Below are positions 60,391-64,000 of a stretch of 64,000 nucleotides of DNA, piece by piece. Positions within the stretch are counted from its first letter, which is position 1; the number at the start of each line of letters is the position of its first letter. A program made the translations under genes and the position numbers. The stretch is from Microcoleus sp. (GTDB lineage Bacteria; Cyanobacteriota; Cyanobacteriia; Cyanobacteriales; Microcoleaceae). The DNA is taken from positions 5,376,001 to 5,440,000 of the forward strand of contig CP181291.1 of assembly GCA_052279835.1 (NCBI GenBank). Reading direction: 5' to 3'. The notes under the pieces were generated by a model. It worked only from the letters and a program-made list of their open reading frames with translations, was not told the origin of the DNA and did not search any database.

Positions 60391-61224
60391 ATGGATTATT
60401 ATGAATCAGACTCACCGCCGGCCGATGTAGCTAGCGGCGAGTCTTTAACGTTAGAACAGGCGATCGCCAACCTCCGCTCCCAAGATTACAGCCTCCGCTA
60501 TTACGCCGCATGGTGGGTGGGCAGATTTCGAGTTAAAGAACCGACAGTCATTGCAGCTCTGATTGCTGCTTTGCAAGAAGAATCGGAACAAACAAAAATT
60601 GGCGATTATTCTCTGTTGCGAAATGCAGCGCGAGCTCTGGGAAAATTGGGTGACAAACAAGCATTGCCAGCACTAATTCAGTGCTTGGAATGTGAGGATT
60701 ATTACGTGCGGGAAGCGGCGGCTCAAGCTCTAGAAATGCTGGGCGATCGGGATGCGATCGGGGCACTGATGAAACTATTAGATGGGGGAGTCGCAGCGGC
60801 CGTGCGCGTGCCGGGAAAATCCCACTTAGTGCAACCTTATGACTCAGTAATTGAAGCTTTGGGAACCCTGCAAGCGGAGGAAGCGTTACCAGTAATTCAA
60901 CCTTTTTTAGAACATTCTGTCGAGCGGGTGCAGTACGCCGCCGCGCGGGCGATGTATCAGTTAACTGGGGAATCAGTTTACGGAGAACTGTTGGTGACTG
61001 CTTTGAATGGGGATAATTTGCAGTTGAGACGATCGGCTTTAATGGACTTAGGCGCGATCGGCTATTTGCCCGGAGCTCAAGCTATCTCTGAAACTTTAGC
61101 CGAAAATAGCATGAAATTGATTGCTCTCAAAGGAGTTTTGGAGCATCATCTCCAACAACAAGCATCACTATCTTTGTCAGATGAAGCTATCCGCGTGATG
61201 AATTTAATGGATAGTTTACTGTGA
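60391..61224 (+). CDS. cpcE: Phycocyanin alpha-subunit phycocyanobilin lyase CpcE
   Basis: RYYAAWWVG, HEAT repeats, ENSMKLIALKG, MDSLL end. Confidence 0.94.
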   Translation: MDYYESDSPPADVASGESLTLEQAIANLRSQDYSLRYYAAWWVGRFRVKEPTVIAALIAALQEESEQTKIGDYSLLRNAARALGKLGDKQALPALIQCLECEDYYVREAAAQALEMLGDRDAIGALMKLLDGGVAAAVRVPGKSHLVQPYDSVIEALGTLQAEEALPVIQPFLEHSVERVQYAAARAMYQLTGESVYGELLVTALNGDNLQLRRSALMDLGAIGYLPGAQAISETLAENSMKLIALKGVLEHHLQQQASLSLSDEAIRVMNLMDSLL

Positions 61225-61302
61225 AAAAATTCGTTCACAACTGAAATAGGATTGCTTTAGTGATTTTCAATTATCTATCGTATATTGAGGATACAGCACT
61301 GC

Positions 61303-61429
61303 TATAGCAATCCTAAATGATTAATGAAGATTTGTAGGGGTAGTGCCCCGTGCCTACCCCAGCAGCTAAGGGCAACCACGGGGGGATTGCCCCTACAAGA
61401 AACTATACAAATGATTTAGGATTGCTATA
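61303..61429. repeat. MITE-like element with TIR TATAGCAATCCTAAAT carrying a different internal repeat
   Basis: Same TIR as 14884-14986; cargo GTAGGGGTAGTGCCCCGTGCCTACCC...GCCCCTACA, related to about 7889-7917. Confidence 0.85.
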
Positions 61430-61726
61430 TGTCCCTACGGCATACCTGTACTTGATGGAGTTGAGAACTATTTTATCGGTTTGATCCGGGTGAATCTATG
61501 ACCGATTATTTGATGAATAAGAAACGATGGTTTAGGTACTAATTTTTATAAAATTCAGTGAAAACACTGAGGCTGGTGGCCGTTGTTGGTGAAAGCGAGC
61601 GTGTTAAAATAATATTATCATCTGGATTAGTTCTCAGTTAAAAAAGTTTGGGTTTTGACGGCGGGCGATCGCGGAATGCTGGGAGATGGTTGTGTAGCGG
61701 CTAGAAGTATAAATCGGGGATTCATC

Positions 61727-63658
61727 ATGAGCAACGATCCTTTTGAAGTCCATGTGCAACATTTTGCAGCGCTTAAGTCCAAGTATCAAGCAACAAAATA
61801 TGAAGATTCATCTCCTTCTAGTCTTCTGTATCTCATCCTGCGAAAAGCTGATTTAGAATTTGAGATTAGTAAATTTGAGCGGAATTGGTTACAAGAGCAT
61901 GATCTTTTGGAAACAATAAAAGCTATCGAGCAAGAGCCACTACATAAGGCTGAAGAACGAAGAAAACTAGATGCTAAATTTTCTAAACTCAAGTCTAAGT
62001 TCAGAGTAACCAGACCTCGCGATCGCGATTTATCGCTATCCAATCCTTTGTATCCTATCCTTTGGAAACTTGACTCAGAAAATAAGCTAACTGGGTTAGA
62101 AGTTAAATATCTTAAAGAACAGGGGCTTACTGAAATAGTTGCTATCGTTGAAGAAATGGCGCGATTTGCTGCACTAAAGACTAAGTACCAAGCAACTGAA
62201 TATCGAGATTGTTCGCTTGATAGCCCCTTGTATCAAATTCTCAAGAAACTCGATACACAACAAATATTAAGTGATGTAGAGGCTAACTGGCTGTTCAACA
62301 ACCAACTGGTTGATACTCTAGAAATTTTTTGGCAACAAAAAGCTGTACGGGAAGCTGAATTTGCCCAACTCAAGGATAAGTACAAAGCTAGTGAATACCC
62401 AGAAACATCTGTCTGTAGTCCACTCTATCAAATCCTGAAAAATCTGGATGCAGATATGCAGTTGAGTGAGCCAGAACTTAACTGGCTGGAAGAGCATCAA
62501 CTGAGCGAAACCCTTAGCATTGTTTTGGAGATTGAACAGACACGGCACTTTGCTGAACTGAAAGTTAAGTATAAAGCTAATCAATCTGAGGATTTATCAC
62601 GCTCTAGCCATCTGTATAAAGTTCTCAAAAAAATTGATTTAGACAATCCGCTAGGTGAGCCGGATATTAATTTTCTTAAAAAGCGTAAACTGACTGAGAC
62701 AATTACTCTGGCGCTTGACAAATATGCTGCTAGTCTCAAGTCCAAAATTCAATCGGGAGAGCCGTTTAGTGAGGCTGATTTTGATTGGGTGAAACAGAAT
62801 GGACGTGAGGATGTAATTACTTTTGCTATTGAAAACTATGTTGCTAGTCTGAAATCCCAAATCCAATCGGGAGAGCAGTTGAGTGAGGCTGATATTGATT
62901 GGCTGAAACAGAATGGACGTGAAGACGTAATTACTTTTGCACAAGAAAAGGAATTTGCTGCTCTTAAGGTCAAGTATCGGATTATAGATCGTGATTTCCC
63001 TTTCGATCCGTTTTACGAAATCATGGTCAAATTGGAGAAAAAAGAGCGTCTAGATCCTGTATTAGTTGTTCAGTTAATACAACAAAGACTTTTAGCTAGT
63101 CATGGAAGGATTGCTATGGCATACCACAGGCTGGAAGCGTGTTTTTACGAGCAGGAATATGAGCGCACTGGAAATAAATGGAACTTGCCCAACGCCAGCA
63201 GTCATTGGCGCAAGGCCGATGAACCGGAAAGTGCATTGAAGGTGACAGAAAATCTGGACTTCGACCAAATCAAAGAAAATAAGCTCAAGTCAGCTTTGCT
63301 AACAACGAGGGGCGGTGCTTTCCGAGATATTCATAAATTAGATGATGCACAAAATTGTGCGCTAAAAGCTATTGAGTATCAGCCTCAGAGTCATCATCCT
63401 TACACTTTGATGGGAGCTATTTGTTTTGAGCGGGGTCAATTTTCAGAGGGTGAACGTTGGTTTAACGAGGCAATTAAACGCGGTGCTGAATCAGAAGATA
63501 TAGATTCGGAACTCAAGCAGGTTGTCAAAAATGCTAAGGATGAGAAGCGTCGGGAAGTTGTGGAATATCTGCTGCAAAAAAATCCGCAGCGCTATGCTTG
63601 GGCTAAGTCTTATCGGAAGCGTCAAGGCGGTGAGGATGCACGGCGCAAGATATCCTAG
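61727..63658 (+). CDS. Repeat protein (about six ~55-60 aa helical repeats) with C-terminal TPR
   Basis: Recurrent FAxLKxKYxA...SxLYxILxKLD...LSxxExxWL; TPR at ALLTTRGGAFR...PYTLMGAICFERG. Confidence 0.8.
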   Translation: MSNDPFEVHVQHFAALKSKYQATKYEDSSPSSLLYLILRKADLEFEISKFERNWLQEHDLLETIKAIEQEPLHKAEERRKLDAKFSKLKSKFRVTRPRDRDLSLSNPLYPILWKLDSENKLTGLEVKYLKEQGLTEIVAIVEEMARFAALKTKYQATEYRDCSLDSPLYQILKKLDTQQILSDVEANWLFNNQLVDTLEIFWQQKAVREAEFAQLKDKYKASEYPETSVCSPLYQILKNLDADMQLSEPELNWLEEHQLSETLSIVLEIEQTRHFAELKVKYKANQSEDLSRSSHLYKVLKKIDLDNPLGEPDINFLKKRKLTETITLALDKYAASLKSKIQSGEPFSEADFDWVKQNGREDVITFAIENYVASLKSQIQSGEQLSEADIDWLKQNGREDVITFAQEKEFAALKVKYRIIDRDFPFDPFYEIMVKLEKKERLDPVLVVQLIQQRLLASHGRIAMAYHRLEACFYEQEYERTGNKWNLPNASSHWRKADEPESALKVTENLDFDQIKENKLKSALLTTRGGAFRDIHKLDDAQNCALKAIEYQPQSHHPYTLMGAICFERGQFSEGERWFNEAIKRGAESEDIDSELKQVVKNAKDEKRREVVEYLLQKNPQRYAWAKSYRKRQGGEDARRKIS

Positions 63659-63776
63659 CGCAGGTATGGAGTGGAGTTTTTGAGGGATTCGAGTCTTTAA
63701 CCAAGACTGCAAAAGGTTCGATCGCGCGATCGAGCCAACCTACAATTACAATGGTCACGGTACATTTTATAAGTAA

Positions 63777-64000
63777 ATGGCATTAGAACTAATTCAAGCA
63801 GTAGAACAAGCAGATTCTGCCGAGGGCTTGTTAAACTCAGTCAAAGCACTGGCGGCTGCTGACTTAAAAGAAGCAATTCCTACCTTAATTACAGTGCTCG
63901 GCTACAACAACCCAGGGGCCGCCGTTGCCGCCGTGGACGGGCTGATTCAACTCGGAGAACCTGCCGTACTTCCCCTGCTAGAACAGCTTGACGGCTACAA
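63777..64000 (+). CDS. cpcF: Phycocyanin lyase CpcF, N-terminal part (runs off window)
   Basis: Manual translation MALELIQAVEQADSAEGL...LITVLGYNNPGAAVAAVDGLIQLG. Confidence 0.92.
   Translation, partial: MALELIQAVEQADSAEGLLNSVKALAAADLKEAIPTLITVLGYNNPGAAVAAVDGLIQLGEPAVLPLLEQLDGY

Noticed and set aside
1..64000. tRNA, rRNA or riboswitch genes
   Set aside because: None recognised by eye; an Infernal/tRNAscan run would be needed to exclude them

Overview
Chromosomal window from a filamentous cyanobacterium. Dense HIP1 GCGATCGC sites, STRR heptamers, hps, mre and cpc genes point to Oscillatoriales of the Microcoleus/Tychonema/Kamptonema type (inference). It is mostly core genes: hpsABC pseudopilins, argB, mreBCD, ssb, tldD/pmbA, scpA, cugP, speA, queD, sigG with its anti-sigma, moaE, pyrB, an FHA-kinase/PP2C pair, recJ, psb27, recF, a P-type ATPase and cpcBACDE-F. 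Accessory DNA includes a vapBC locus broken by an IS remnant, an ATPase + hypervariable TPR-repeat gene pair followed by a repeat-flanked MNT-HEPN toxin-antitoxin, a complete group II intron, a tnpB-only IS605 element, and many nested small dispersed repeats. Best candidates for undescribed biology: (1) a small basic ORF (30444-30716, minus) with a KGKGGS motif and a perfect terminator-like hairpin inside its reading frame, matching the non-stop-mRNA logic of ArfA/BrfA/ArfT ribosome rescue factors, with a group II intron in its 5' UTR; (2) a two-gene NLR-like ATPase/TPR module whose 120-nt repeats vary almost only at five codons; (3) a protein made of an unrecognised ~55-60 aa repeat plus TPR, inserted between cpcE and cpcF. 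All calls are by motif recognition without database searches.
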